Virus record (IMG/VR): IMGVR_UViG_3300009506_000004
Span: 65,440-129,439 of that record
DNA: 64,000 nt
Reading direction: 5' to 3' (one strand)
Source: a virus
Positions within the stretch are counted from its first letter, which is position 1. Each line of letters begins with the position of its first letter. A program made the translations under genes and the position numbers. The notes beneath the pieces were generated by a model that saw only the letters and a program-made list of their open reading frames with translations, ran no database searches and was not told the origin of the DNA. Positions 1 to 9,515 of the stretch are shown here, piece by piece.

Positions 1-568
1 TCTTTAAACCATCATACGAAAGCATTACTGGGCAAATATTTTCATCCAATCCCCATTTTATAAATTCTTTTCGTATTCCGTATAATGAAGATTTAGGTCC
101 AATCCACCACCAAGGTTTAACACCAGATAATTTCATTACTGCAATAGCTGATAAAGTTTTACCGACCCCTAAACCAGCAGCCCAAATTTGGTAATGATAA
201 GTTAATGCAATATCTGACATTAATTTTTGGTGTGCCATTAAATCAAAATATCCGAAATCGGCACTACCGAATTTCGGATAATCATGTGTTATAATTGGTC
301 TATCAAACCATTCATATGGATTTCCACCACTCAAATAATCAATTTGAAATAAATTTCTATGAGTGTTGGCTATTGTCCAAATTTTTCTAGGGTGACTAAT
401 ATCATTTCCGCACCAATGCGAACCCTGCATTGACTTAATCTCATCTTTAAGAGCAAATGGAAGTTTAAGGAATTCAATTCTCGACCCATCTATCTTGTAT
501 TCTACTGGAAACTTATATGTACCTTTTTTCGTTTCATGAATAAACTTAGTCTTTATAACTTCACACAT
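1..568 (-). CDS. SNF2/SF2-type helicase, N-terminal part (runs off the window)
   Basis: Not in the ORF track. Manual translation from ATG at 568 gives MCEVIKTKF...LMAHQKLM...WAAGLGVGKTLSAIAV...WWIGPKS, i.e. a Q-motif, Walker A and motif Ia. Open to the window edge. Confidence 0.75.
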   Translation of the reverse strand, partial: MCEVIKTKFIHETKKGTYKFPVEYKIDGSRIEFLKLPFALKDEIKSMQGSHWCGNDISHPRKIWTIANTHRNLFQIDYLSGGNPYEWFDRPIITHDYPKFGSADFGYFDLMAHQKLMSDIALTYHYQIWAAGLGVGKTLSAIAVMKLSGVKPWWWIGPKSSLYGIRKEFIKWGLDENICPVMLSYDGLK

Positions 569-571
569 TAA

Positions 572-1438
572 TTAAACCTTTGCAAAATTACTATGATATT
601 TCTCAGCTGCTTTTTTGTAAGTTTTAGCTGCTTCTTCTATGTCATCAAAAAGACCTAAATGTTTTTGTTTACTGTTTACTTGAATTTTCACTTGCCATTT
701 ATTACGATGCCAACTAACACCTTTATGACCACTAGTATTATTTTTCTGTTTTCCTCTATTCATTTTATTTTGTGAACGAGTAGCAGATCTTAAATTTTCT
801 CTTCTATTGTCTAATTTATCACCATTTATGTGGTCAATATCATTAGATAAATCTAATCCCATCCGTTCTGCTATTTCTCTATGCATAAGAATGGTTCTAT
901 AAGCATAACGATTATAACACCAACTAAATTGACTAAGATCATAGTCTTCTTCAGAAACAATAGCAAATTTATTTTTAGGTAGTAAAATTTTCTTTCCAAG
1001 TAGTAAAATTACATTATTTGTAGCAAATTCTCCAAAATATTTTTCAGCAGCTTCTTTGTAAGCTTTAGCTGCTTCTTCTTTATCTTCAAAACAACCTAAA
1101 TGTTTCTTTTTACCATTTATTATAATTCGTGCCTCCCATTTATTACGATGCCAACTAACACCTTTATGACCACTAGTATTATTTTTAGGTTTTCCACTAT
1201 TCATCATATTTTGAGAACGAGTAGCAGACCTTAAATTTTCTCTTCTATTATCTAGTTTATCACCATTTATATGATCAATTTCGTTTGATAAATCTAATCC
1301 CATTCTTTCTGCTATTCCTCTATGCATAAGAATATTTCTACGAGCATAATCTTTATAACACCAATTAAATTGACTAAGATATTCAAAATCTTCTTCAGAA
1401 ACAATAACAAATTTATTTCTAGATAATTCAATCCTCAT
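572..1438 (-). CDS. Tandem HNH-AP2 homing endonuclease (two HNH+AP2 units)
   Basis: IDHINGDKLDNRRENLR followed by NTSGHKGVSW...HLG.F...EEAA..Y..AA occurs twice. Confidence 0.9.
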   Translation of the reverse strand: MRIELSRNKFVIVSEEDFEYLSQFNWCYKDYARRNILMHRGIAERMGLDLSNEIDHINGDKLDNRRENLRSATRSQNMMNSGKPKNNTSGHKGVSWHRNKWEARIIINGKKKHLGCFEDKEEAAKAYKEAAEKYFGEFATNNVILLLGKKILLPKNKFAIVSEEDYDLSQFSWCYNRYAYRTILMHREIAERMGLDLSNDIDHINGDKLDNRRENLRSATRSQNKMNRGKQKNNTSGHKGVSWHRNKWQVKIQVNSKQKHLGLFDDIEEAAKTYKKAAEKYHSNFAKV

Positions 1439-1926
1439 TTTAAAAATTTCACATTCCCAAAAACAGTATCATGAATAAAATTATCAAGGTCATATTTTGC
1501 AAATTGAGAATAGCATACTTTTCCCCACTCTTTTACAGAATTATTATAATCAGTAGAATGTTTTAATGCCAATGACCATTGTTCTCCATCACCTGTAAAA
1601 ATTACGGATAGTATACCACGATTCTCTTTACTTTGTAGGCAACGTAAATTATGTGGAAAACCCATCACATCTATTATATCAAATTCTGGACCAGCGCATA
1701 ACATTCCAAAATGCATCATCCCAAATAAATTACTTAATTCGTCGATCTTTGAGGTATTACCGCAGTCATTAAATAGTTTAAAATAAGCTAATAAATAAGC
1801 ATATTTGCTTTTTGGTCTCTTACAATTTTGGAGTGTTGCAGCTGTATTTATACCTATTAACTGTTCACAAAAGGAGTGGAAAGAATCATTCAAAGTACTT
1901 ATAGAAATCATTTCAGCATGTATCAT
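1435..1926 (-). CDS. Hypothetical protein
   Basis: 163-aa ORF overlapping both neighbours, as expected in an operon. Confidence 0.6.
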   Translation of the reverse strand: MIHAEMISISTLNDSFHSFCEQLIGINTAATLQNCKRPKSKYAYLLAYFKLFNDCGNTSKIDELSNLFGMMHFGMLCAGPEFDIIDVMGFPHNLRCLQSKENRGILSVIFTGDGEQWSLALKHSTDYNNSVKEWGKVCYSQFAKYDLDNFIHDTVFGNVKFLK

Positions 1927-2272
1927 TACGCCACCGCCAATAATCCGTATAAATACGTGAATGTTCTATACCCCACGTATCTGAGTGTTGTCCATCATGA
2001 TCACCTTCTTCAAATGGTCCATTTCTATGGTTATCAAGTATATGTCCTAATTCATGTAAAATCGAATCCACTAATCTATTTGCATCAACCCTTCTAGACA
2101 ACCAAAGTATATATGTACCGTCTGGTCTTGGATCAAATAATGCATCGCATTCCTCACCTTTATAAATAATTTTAGGTTTAGTCCTAAACCTAATAGTTAA
2201 ACCAGGAAAATATTTTTTAGCCCATTTTACTGTCTCTTTAACAATATTATTTTTTATAGCTAATTTTCCCAT
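1913..2272 (-). CDS. HExxH zinc metallopeptidase-like protein
   Basis: ILHELGH motif with a downstream H...W segment, SprT/ImmA-like. Confidence 0.6.
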   Translation of the reverse strand: MGKLAIKNNIVKETVKWAKKYFPGLTIRFRTKPKIIYKGEECDALFDPRPDGTYILWLSRRVDANRLVDSILHELGHILDNHRNGPFEEGDHDGQHSDTWGIEHSRIYTDYWRWRNDTC

Positions 2273-2287
2273 CTGTTCACCTTAAAA

Positions 2288-2368
2288 GTCTAGGTACAAG
2301 AATTGAACTTGATTTCTTTGTTCCATACACAATATATGCACTGCCCGCACCCAGCGAGTCACCTAAAC
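2288..2368 (-). pseudogene. Degenerate tRNA-like element
   Basis: Acceptor-like TTAGGT/ACCTAG, T-arm CAAG-TTCAATT-CTTG and a CTCGC/GCGGG hairpin; anticodon arm irregular. Confidence 0.35.
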
Positions 2369-2542
2369 TATTTAGTTAAAATTTCAATATCATCAAGACT
2401 ATCAAGCCAAATCAAATCCTCCAAAATATTAGGCAATTCAACAAATTCTCCATTAAGTGCTTGTTGTAAACCTTCTATAACAAGATTCAATGCATCTTGA
2501 TTTTTATAAAGCCATGTTTCATCTATCATATGATTATCTTAG

Positions 2543-2616
2543 TCTAGATGGTAGGACTCGAACCTACGACCCCGTGTGCCCAGGACACGTGTTCTACCAA
2601 ACTGAACTACATCTAG
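2543..2616 (-). tRNA. tRNA-Pro(TGG)
   Basis: Cloverleaf CTAGATG..GTTC/GAAC..CGTGT-CCTGGGC-ACACG..GTAGG-TTCGAGT-CCTAC-CATCTAG; C at position 33. Confidence 0.85.
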
Positions 2617-2867
2617 CTTTCTAGTGATTCTTCTTTTCTTGCTAATCTTATATTAAATGCTGGTGATGAAATAATACCTCGTTTTACAATTAAAGTATCT
2701 GGGCTAGGAGTTTCTAATTTTGTAGCAACATCATCTATTTTTTGTGCTGCTACTGTTTTTGCTTCTTCATCAGATAAACCTAAATCACTAATAAAACTAA
2801 CAAGCACATATTCTTTACCATCATCAGTAGTTACCCAAATTTCATATGGTGTTAATGCTAATGTCAT
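2613..2867 (-). CDS. Hypothetical protein inside the tRNA cluster
   Basis: 84-aa ORF with an AGGAGA RBS. Confidence 0.6.
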   Translation of the reverse strand: MTLALTPYEIWVTTDDGKEYVLVSFISDLGLSDEEAKTVAAQKIDDVATKLETPSPDTLIVKRGIISSPAFNIRLARKEESLES

Positions 2868-2892
2868 ATTTTATATCTCCTATTGTAAATAA

Positions 2893-2961
2893 TGGCAGAG
2901 ACAGGAATTGAACCTGTAAATTCGGCTTATGAGACCGAATGGGATACCAATCCACTCTGCT
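2893..2961 (-). tRNA. tRNA with CAT anticodon (Met/fMet/Ile2 not resolved)
   Basis: TCGGT-CTCATAA-GCCGA anticodon arm, ACAGG-TTCAATT-CCTGT T-arm, GCAGAG/CTCTGC acceptor; short D-arm. Confidence 0.7.
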
Positions 2962-2966
2962 ACAAA

Positions 2967-3102
2967 AGGCGAGAGACAAACCAATACTTTATTATACATA
3001 TATCCTTAGGTCTTACTATAATGTTTGTTGGTCAAGCGATGACTATACAATACCAATAATTCGGACGTAAGTGTCAATTATTTATTGTGTTTTTGCCCGC
3101 CT
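2967..3102 (-). ncRNA. Candidate 136-nt structured RNA between two tRNAs
   Basis: Ends pair (AGGCGGG/CTCGCCT, CAATA/TATTG), internal hairpins present, 4-5 nt from the flanking tRNAs. Confidence 0.45.
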
Positions 3103-3106
3103 GTAA

Positions 3107-3179
3107 AGCCAGTGGTAGGACTTGAACCCACAACCAATCGGTTACAAACCGATTGCTCTGCCAATTGAGCTACACGGGC
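3107..3179 (-). tRNA. tRNA-Thr(TGT)
   Basis: GCCCGTG-TA-GCTC..GAGC-A-ATCGG-TTTGTAA-CCGAT..GTGGG-TTCAAGT-CCTAC-CACTGGC. Confidence 0.9.
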
Positions 3180-3248
3180 ACAGTTATACCATAATATTAA
3201 TCATATCATGGTATAACACAAACAGAAGAACATACATGAACAATTTGC

Positions 3249-3971
3249 TTAAGCAGCAGCTATCAAACCAAGAATCTCAGTAGTCCAGTCTTGACCCTCT
3301 TGTGCATCTGCCTCTTTAAGAAGCTGAATAATTGTTTCTCGACTTGGGTAATTCTCCACATCATTACAAGTATTCACTTCATATTGCCCAGCTGGTGCTA
3401 CACCAAAGGCAGGATCTGAACCACCAGCCTTAAGTACACCAAGAGCAAGCAAAGCAGCAAACCAAAATCGTGGAACCACACCCGCTATTGTTTCTGCAAA
3501 AGCTGGATCTGTTGAACCACCAGTTAAACTACCACCATCAACAGTAGTCAATGCCACATCGCCACGTACTGAATCCCCACTAAATGTAAAAATGGTATTT
3601 GAACCACCACTACCAAATGGACCACCAGTCACTACAATATCACCAGCTATGTAACCAGTAATACCAGCAGCAATAGCAGCAGCATCAACAGCAGCTTGAG
3701 TAACAGTAGCAGTAGCATTATAAGCTAATGTTTCCACATCAAATGTCTGTCCATCAGCTAATTCAATAGTCAAATCCATTGTTCCACCAGTCCTATCTCC
3801 TGCCGAAGCTGTTTGAACTTCATCAACTGGAGCTAAGGTAGTGTTAGGATACCCAACATTACACTTTCTACCAAGTTCTCGCTTTAACTTTTTATAAATG
3901 GGGTTAACATCTTCCCCACTAATATCAAAAGTAACGGCGCGAGAAATTGCATCACCTAAAATTGTCGCCAT
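3249..3971 (-). CDS. Virion-type protein with a DEVQT..GGT..YNAT..VTGGP module
   Basis: Gly/Thr/Ala-rich beta module of the kind seen in phage tail/decoration proteins; located outside the structural operon. Confidence 0.5.
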   Translation of the reverse strand: MATILGDAISRAVTFDISGEDVNPIYKKLKRELGRKCNVGYPNTTLAPVDEVQTASAGDRTGGTMDLTIELADGQTFDVETLAYNATATVTQAAVDAAAIAAGITGYIAGDIVVTGGPFGSGGSNTIFTFSGDSVRGDVALTTVDGGSLTGGSTDPAFAETIAGVVPRFWFAALLALGVLKAGGSDPAFGVAPAGQYEVNTCNDVENYPSRETIIQLLKEADAQEGQDWTTEILGLIAAA

Positions 3972-3984
3972 CTTAAAACCCTCA

Positions 3985-4251
3985 CTAAATTTTAATCTCT
4001 ATACCTTTCTGCAAAGCCATTTTCACAGGCTTACGATCTTTTCTCCATTTTGGCCAAAAAATTGCAACAGCCATTTCTCCTACTTCACGTGGTTTACCCT
4101 GTCGAAAATATTCCACATTAAAAAACTTATTTAATTTATCTGACAAAATTTGTGGATCTACTGGTATTTCATTATAATTATAATACCAAGTTTGAGAAAC
4201 TACAGCAGCATCATAAGTCGTAGGTTTAGGCCATTTTATATAAACAATCAT
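3985..4251 (-). CDS. Hypothetical protein
   Basis: 88-aa ORF co-oriented with its neighbours. Confidence 0.6.
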   Translation of the reverse strand: MIVYIKWPKPTTYDAAVVSQTWYYNYNEIPVDPQILSDKLNKFFNVEYFRQGKPREVGEMAVAIFWPKWRKDRKPVKMALQKGIEIKI

Positions 4252-4263
4252 AATAAAACCTAT

Positions 4264-4295
4264 AAATATAGTACTGGTAAACCAGTACTATATTT
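4264..4295. terminator. Hairpin terminator
   Basis: Perfect inverted repeat AAATATAGTACTGGT-AA-ACCAGTACTATATTT just downstream of 4308..5039. Confidence 0.6.
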
Positions 4296-4307
4296 TTAAT
4301 TATGTAA

Positions 4308-5039
4308 TTAACGAACACGTGTAGAAGTTTCTTTTTCTTCTACTTTTTCTACAACTTCAGGTTTCTTCAAAAATAATGCCAATTTTTCTTGGAATTCTTC
4401 TGGAGAAGGCATCTTATTAAATGGTGTCAAACAATCTGAAGCTTTTGGTGCAAACCACATATATGGACCCTTTTCCACTAACTGGCTACGCAACGTCATT
4501 GGTTTTGGCCCACGTGGTTCTGTTTCATTTGTCAAACCTTTTTCAATCATATCTTGTGATACCGGCATATAAGTATTAATTTTTGCAGATTCCACAAGTC
4601 CGCTAGCATTACCAGCAAAAAATTCATAATAATTACTAGTACTGCGCTCATATACTAAATAAGATGGACCATAAGCACATCCACTATCTTTAGTAGAAGA
4701 TAAAGCTTTGATTCGCTTAAATAAATCAGAATTAACATCATTTGATTCTATTACATTGTCTAGATCTGACATATCTAATGCTTTTGCCTTACGCCACAAA
4801 ACTAATACATCAATGGACAAACCCAAATCAATAACTTCTTCTTTAGAAACAGGTACACCAAAATGACCCTCTTCAACTAACCTCTTTTTAACTGCTTTAC
4901 CACCACTATATAACTGGATACGTTGTAAAAAAGTAATGGCTCGTGATAAATCAGCGCTAGCTACTAAAGCTTGTACACCAAGTTCAGCCAATGCGCCATT
5001 TGAAAATAAATTATCCAATAACATAATTTCATTACTCAT
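4308..5039 (-). CDS. Possible ssDNA-binding/recombination protein
   Basis: 243 aa, replication-module context, charged C-terminus; function inferred only. Confidence 0.4.
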   Translation of the reverse strand: MSNEIMLLDNLFSNGALAELGVQALVASADLSRAITFLQRIQLYSGGKAVKKRLVEEGHFGVPVSKEEVIDLGLSIDVLVLWRKAKALDMSDLDNVIESNDVNSDLFKRIKALSSTKDSGCAYGPSYLVYERSTSNYYEFFAGNASGLVESAKINTYMPVSQDMIEKGLTNETEPRGPKPMTLRSQLVEKGPYMWFAPKASDCLTPFNKMPSPEEFQEKLALFLKKPEVVEKVEEKETSTRVR

Positions 5040-5046
5040 AATCTTC

Positions 5047-6018
5047 TCACTTTATCTTCTTTATCTTTATATTTCTGTTTAATCTTAACTGTCTTAATTC
5101 TTCCAATTCTTGTGAACGATATTTACCTAAAATTTCAAACCTTTCTTTATCACTCAATAATCGTCTTACTTCTCTTACTTTTTTATTTATACTTTCATCA
5201 TGTAAATTTAATGCCCATTTTAAAGCACATTTTGCCCCATCTAATGGGGTTTCAGCATTTTCTTGGACTATTATTTGTGATACATTAGATAACCTATCTA
5301 ACTCAATTAATAAAGAATCCATTGTTTGAATAATAGGTCTTATTGTGTATCTATTATTTGCCCTTAACTCACCAGCTTCTGTTAAAATTTCATTTACTCT
5401 TTTCCCTACGATTAATTCAAACTCACGTCTTGTATATTTTTTAGCTAATCTTAAAAACTTTCTTTGTTCATCATGGTTTTTGAGCCTAGATAAAATTACA
5501 GCTTTACTTAGTGGTAAAGAACCTTGGCGAATCTTGAACTTTGCTTCATAACAAAGTTTAAGTAATTGCAATCTATCAGAAACCCACTTTGGACTCTTCT
5601 TTATTATTTTACCTAAATCTGTCAGAGTAGTAGGTATTCCAGCTTCTTCACGTAAAAGAATCATTTTTTGCATTTGCTCTGCAAATTCTATAGGCTTTGT
5701 TTCATAGCTTATAGCATTAGCCTGAATTTGTAGAACAAGTATATCTTCGTCTTCTACACCTACTTTAATTATACAAGGTATTTCCCCTATGTCAAGTATT
5801 TTGCACACAGAAAATCGCCACATTCCATCTATTATTTCATAATAACCATTTTTATTAGGATGTTTCCTAACAAGAATACTATTTAAAATACCATATTCTC
5901 TGACAGAATCCATTAATTCATAAAATTCAATAGAACTTTCATATACATTCCTAAGCACTATAGTTGGTGGAATCAATAAATCTGTCTTAATATTTGCAAT
6001 TATATTTTGCTCAGTCAT
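5047..6018 (-). CDS. parB: ParB/RepB/Spo0J family protein
   Basis: ELMDSVREYGILNSILVR, YEIIDGMWR and a downstream HTH (LGKIIKKSPKWVSDRL). Confidence 0.85.
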   Translation of the reverse strand: MTEQNIIANIKTDLLIPPTIVLRNVYESSIEFYELMDSVREYGILNSILVRKHPNKNGYYEIIDGMWRFSVCKILDIGEIPCIIKVGVEDEDILVLQIQANAISYETKPIEFAEQMQKMILLREEAGIPTTLTDLGKIIKKSPKWVSDRLQLLKLCYEAKFKIRQGSLPLSKAVILSRLKNHDEQRKFLRLAKKYTRREFELIVGKRVNEILTEAGELRANNRYTIRPIIQTMDSLLIELDRLSNVSQIIVQENAETPLDGAKCALKWALNLHDESINKKVREVRRLLSDKERFEILGKYRSQELEELRQLRLNRNIKIKKIK

Positions 6019-6225
6019 TATAATCGGTTCTTATTCAAACGTCAAAATAACCTCAAAATTAATTTTCCTCGAATTTTTGAGGCATTTTTGCCTGTTATTT
6101 TATCACATGTGAGGTTTGAGATTTAAAGTTGGTCCCCGTGCCTCAATATATACAAATGATCAATTTTTAAAATATATACAGCAAATGTTGCCCCCACCAG
6201 CATCAAACTCAAAAAATTTTATTAT

Positions 6226-6253
6226 TTGACACCTTTTTAAAATATGCTATACT
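6226..6253 (+). promoter_or_regulatory. Sigma70-type promoter for the primase operon
   Basis: TTGACA-N16-TATACT with TG upstream of the -10; AGGAG RBS before 6293. Confidence 0.7.
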
Positions 6254-6292
6254 TGTAAAAGGCATTTTGTAGTTTTAAAAAGGAGCATATTT

Positions 6293-9061
6293 ATGATTCA
6301 ATCCACTGTCAGCCAAGCATTGTCATCGTTTCTTAAAAGTATACCATATAACTATGCTATAGATATTACTAATAGGTACTCTATAGACATGGAAGTACAA
6401 ATAATGGTGGATCCAATTAGGGGTAAACCCGTTTGGAAGGATGGTTCTATTGTTAGAAATACATGGACACCAGATTCTGATACAGATGATGGCGAACATT
6501 TAATCCAAAAATATGGATCATATCAATTTTTTCATATAAGGATACCAAGAAACTCTATGTCTAATCCAACGTATACCGACATACCAATGAAATACCCATT
6601 AGGTGAACATGTTGAATGTGTTGGAATGACTGGTTGGAATTGGGGTAAACGCCAATCAGAATGGGTAGCTTTTGATGTTGATGCGATAACTGGTCATGCT
6701 GTAGGTGTAGGGATTAACAATGAAATTATGGCTGAAGTAAAAGAACGTGCTTGTTCTATACCTTGGGTCCAAGTTAGAAAATCAACTGGTGGTGGTGGAT
6801 TACATTTTTATGTTTATTTTAATCCTAAAAAATTACCTGAAACAGAAAATCATACAGTTCATCAAGCTTTAGCAAGATGTGTTTTGGGTCTTATGGAAAA
6901 AGAAACTGGTTTTGATTTTAGAGGTAATATGGATGTTCTTGGTGGTAACATGTGGATATGGCATAGGAAAATAAATTTAGAAAATCGCGGTTTAGAATTA
7001 ATAAAAAACCATGATGATTATTGCCCTGAATTACCTAACAATTGGAGAGATAATCTAGAAGTCATACATGGAAAAACTACTAAAATTAGAGTACATGGTA
7101 TAAATGATAAAGATTATGTAGCATTTGAAAATCAAGCATCATCTAGAACAAAAATTATTATAGATGAAGTACATAAACAAATTGAAGAAAATATTGCAGA
7201 TTTAGGTTACTCAATAGTTTGGATCCCAGACCATCACTGTTGGCAAACACATTCTAAGGCATTTGAAGAGTTACATGAAAAATATCCAGAAGAATATTTA
7301 GGTATTTATAAAACTTTGTCTAAGGGTGAAAATAAAGGTAAACCAAATTCATTTGTTTTTCCTATGCAAAACGGTGGAATGAAAATAGTACGTTTTGGTA
7401 AAGGTACTAAAGAACATGAGACATGGATTCAAGATGGTTTAGATTGGACATGGACATATTTTAACAAATCTTCTACGCTTTATCAAGCAGCTGCGTTTTT
7501 TGATGGTTCTGAAGATCCTGATGGTAAAGGCTGGATATTTACTGATATCGAAAATGTAAAAAAAGTAACTGCATCATTAGGTGATAGATTACCATTAGAG
7601 GATTCTTGGGTTGATATTTTTGGGGAAACTCCTAGAAATATTTTACTTAGATCTAATAAAAACAATCAACTCGTAGTAGAAATGGATAAAAATCCAGATG
7701 AAAAAACTCCAAAAGGTTGGATTGATAAAGGCAGAAAATTTATTAAATTGCTAAGAAATGCATCAACTAATCCTATAAAAAATGAAGAAAATTTAGATAT
7801 AGATAACAGGGTTCGTGCAGTTGTAGACACAAATAATGAATTTTCTCAATGGATGTTATTAAATGAAGATGGAGATTGGATAGTTCAAACAAAAGACAAT
7901 GTACGTTCTGCTTTAAGAATTTGGTCACCTGGAGAAGGCGAAGATTTATTAGGACGATTAATTATAAGAAATTGGAAAGTTGTCAATGTACCTTTTCAAC
8001 CAGAATATTTAGGTCATAGACTTTGGAATAGATGCGCACCACATTTTAATATAATGCCAGGTGAATCTGGTTCACCACACCCTAACTGGGATTCTATACT
8101 AGAACATTGTGGACAAGATTTAGATAATGCAATAAGTACAAATATGTGGTGTAGAGAAAATGGTATTATGAACGGTGCTGATTATTTAGCTTATTGGCTT
8201 GCATTTGTTTTTAGGGATCCTTATTGTAAATTACCATATTTATTTTTCTATGGTCCTCAAAATAGTGGTAAATCAACTTTCCATGAAGCTGTTAGTCTTT
8301 TGGTGACCCGTGGTGTCCAAATAGCAGATGAAGCACTTAGAAATGCTAATGGATTCAATGGTGAATTAGCTGGTGCTGTTTTATGTATAGTTGAAGAAAC
8401 AAATCTTTCTACTACAGGTAGTATGGCATATAATAGGATGAAAGCTTTTGTAACAGGTGAGTACATTTTAATACACCCAAAAAGATTACAACCTTATATG
8501 GTAAAAAATACTACACATTGGATCCAATGTGCTAATTGTAGAAGTTATGTACCAATTTTTCCAGGTGACACTCGTATTACTATCTTTTTAGTTCCTATGC
8601 CAGACGGACCAGAAATTCCTAAGGATTTACTAATGGAAAAATTAAAACTTGAATCACCAGCATTTTTAAGAACTTTATTAGATATAAAATTACCACCCCC
8701 ACCAGGAAGATTACGGTTACCAGTAATAGCTACTGAGAGCAAAATAGAAGCTGAAAGAGAAGTTGAAAGTTTAGTTGATAAATTTTTATTTTCAAAATGT
8801 TATTATATTCCAGGGGCTATAGTAAAATTCTCAGATTTTTATACAAAAATGTGTGAATGGATGTCCAGAGATCAAGCATTTATATGGACATATCATAAAG
8901 TATGTAATGAGTTTAGAATAAGAGATTTTTTTCCTTATGTATTTGGGAGAGCTTTAAATAATATATCGTGTATAGGAAATTTATCGTTTGATCCAAATCA
9001 AGAGCATTCAGCATCTTGGATACGGAAAAAACAAAGATTAGAAAGAGAAGAAAATGAGTGA
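6293..9061 (+). CDS. AEP primase(-polymerase) fused to an SF3/D5-like helicase
   Basis: FDVD and STGGGGLHFY primase motifs; Walker A GPQNSGKST, Walker B LCIVEE, motif C WIQCAN. Confidence 0.85.
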   Translation: MIQSTVSQALSSFLKSIPYNYAIDITNRYSIDMEVQIMVDPIRGKPVWKDGSIVRNTWTPDSDTDDGEHLIQKYGSYQFFHIRIPRNSMSNPTYTDIPMKYPLGEHVECVGMTGWNWGKRQSEWVAFDVDAITGHAVGVGINNEIMAEVKERACSIPWVQVRKSTGGGGLHFYVYFNPKKLPETENHTVHQALARCVLGLMEKETGFDFRGNMDVLGGNMWIWHRKINLENRGLELIKNHDDYCPELPNNWRDNLEVIHGKTTKIRVHGINDKDYVAFENQASSRTKIIIDEVHKQIEENIADLGYSIVWIPDHHCWQTHSKAFEELHEKYPEEYLGIYKTLSKGENKGKPNSFVFPMQNGGMKIVRFGKGTKEHETWIQDGLDWTWTYFNKSSTLYQAAAFFDGSEDPDGKGWIFTDIENVKKVTASLGDRLPLEDSWVDIFGETPRNILLRSNKNNQLVVEMDKNPDEKTPKGWIDKGRKFIKLLRNASTNPIKNEENLDIDNRVRAVVDTNNEFSQWMLLNEDGDWIVQTKDNVRSALRIWSPGEGEDLLGRLIIRNWKVVNVPFQPEYLGHRLWNRCAPHFNIMPGESGSPHPNWDSILEHCGQDLDNAISTNMWCRENGIMNGADYLAYWLAFVFRDPYCKLPYLFFYGPQNSGKSTFHEAVSLLVTRGVQIADEALRNANGFNGELAGAVLCIVEETNLSTTGSMAYNRMKAFVTGEYILIHPKRLQPYMVKNTTHWIQCANCRSYVPIFPGDTRITIFLVPMPDGPEIPKDLLMEKLKLESPAFLRTLLDIKLPPPPGRLRLPVIATESKIEAEREVESLVDKFLFSKCYYIPGAIVKFSDFYTKMCEWMSRDQAFIWTYHKVCNEFRIRDFFPYVFGRALNNISCIGNLSFDPNQEHSASWIRKKQRLEREENE

Positions 9062-9515
9062 AATAGAATTAAAAGAATCAAATCCAAAAGAAGCAAGTGG
9101 TGATACTAAGTGTCCATTAGCATTAGTACCTGATACAATAGATGTTGAAGTAGCTATGGCATATTTAGAAGGTGCTCTTAAATATGGTAGGTATAATTGG
9201 CGTATAAAAGGTGTACGTGCATCAACTTATGTATCTGCTGCTAAGCGTCATTTAAGTAAATGGTTTAATGGTCAAGAATGTGATCCATTAACAAAAGTTA
9301 AGCATTTAGCAAATGCCATTGCATGTATTGGTATTATATTAGATGCAGATTTGTGTGGAAAATTGGAAGATGATAGACCTCCTTCTATCCCAATAGATAA
9401 ACTTATGGAAGACCAAAAACCACTAATTGAGCACTTAAAAAAGTTATATGGAGAATGTAACCCAAAACAATATACAATAGCTGATAGTGAGAATGATCAA
9501 AATGATTATGAATGA
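9054..9515 (+). CDS. dATP/dGTP diphosphohydrolase domain protein (DUF5664-like)
   Basis: K.PLALVP...EGALKYGRYNWR...AAKRHL..W..G..CDP....HLANAIAC. Confidence 0.85.
   Translation: MSEIELKESNPKEASGDTKCPLALVPDTIDVEVAMAYLEGALKYGRYNWRIKGVRASTYVSAAKRHLSKWFNGQECDPLTKVKHLANAIACIGIILDADLCGKLEDDRPPSIPIDKLMEDQKPLIEHLKKLYGECNPKQYTIADSENDQNDYE

Noticed and set aside
1435-1926. ThyX thymidylate synthase
   Set aside because: Only a vague resemblance; the RHRxxSxxxxSxR motif is absent
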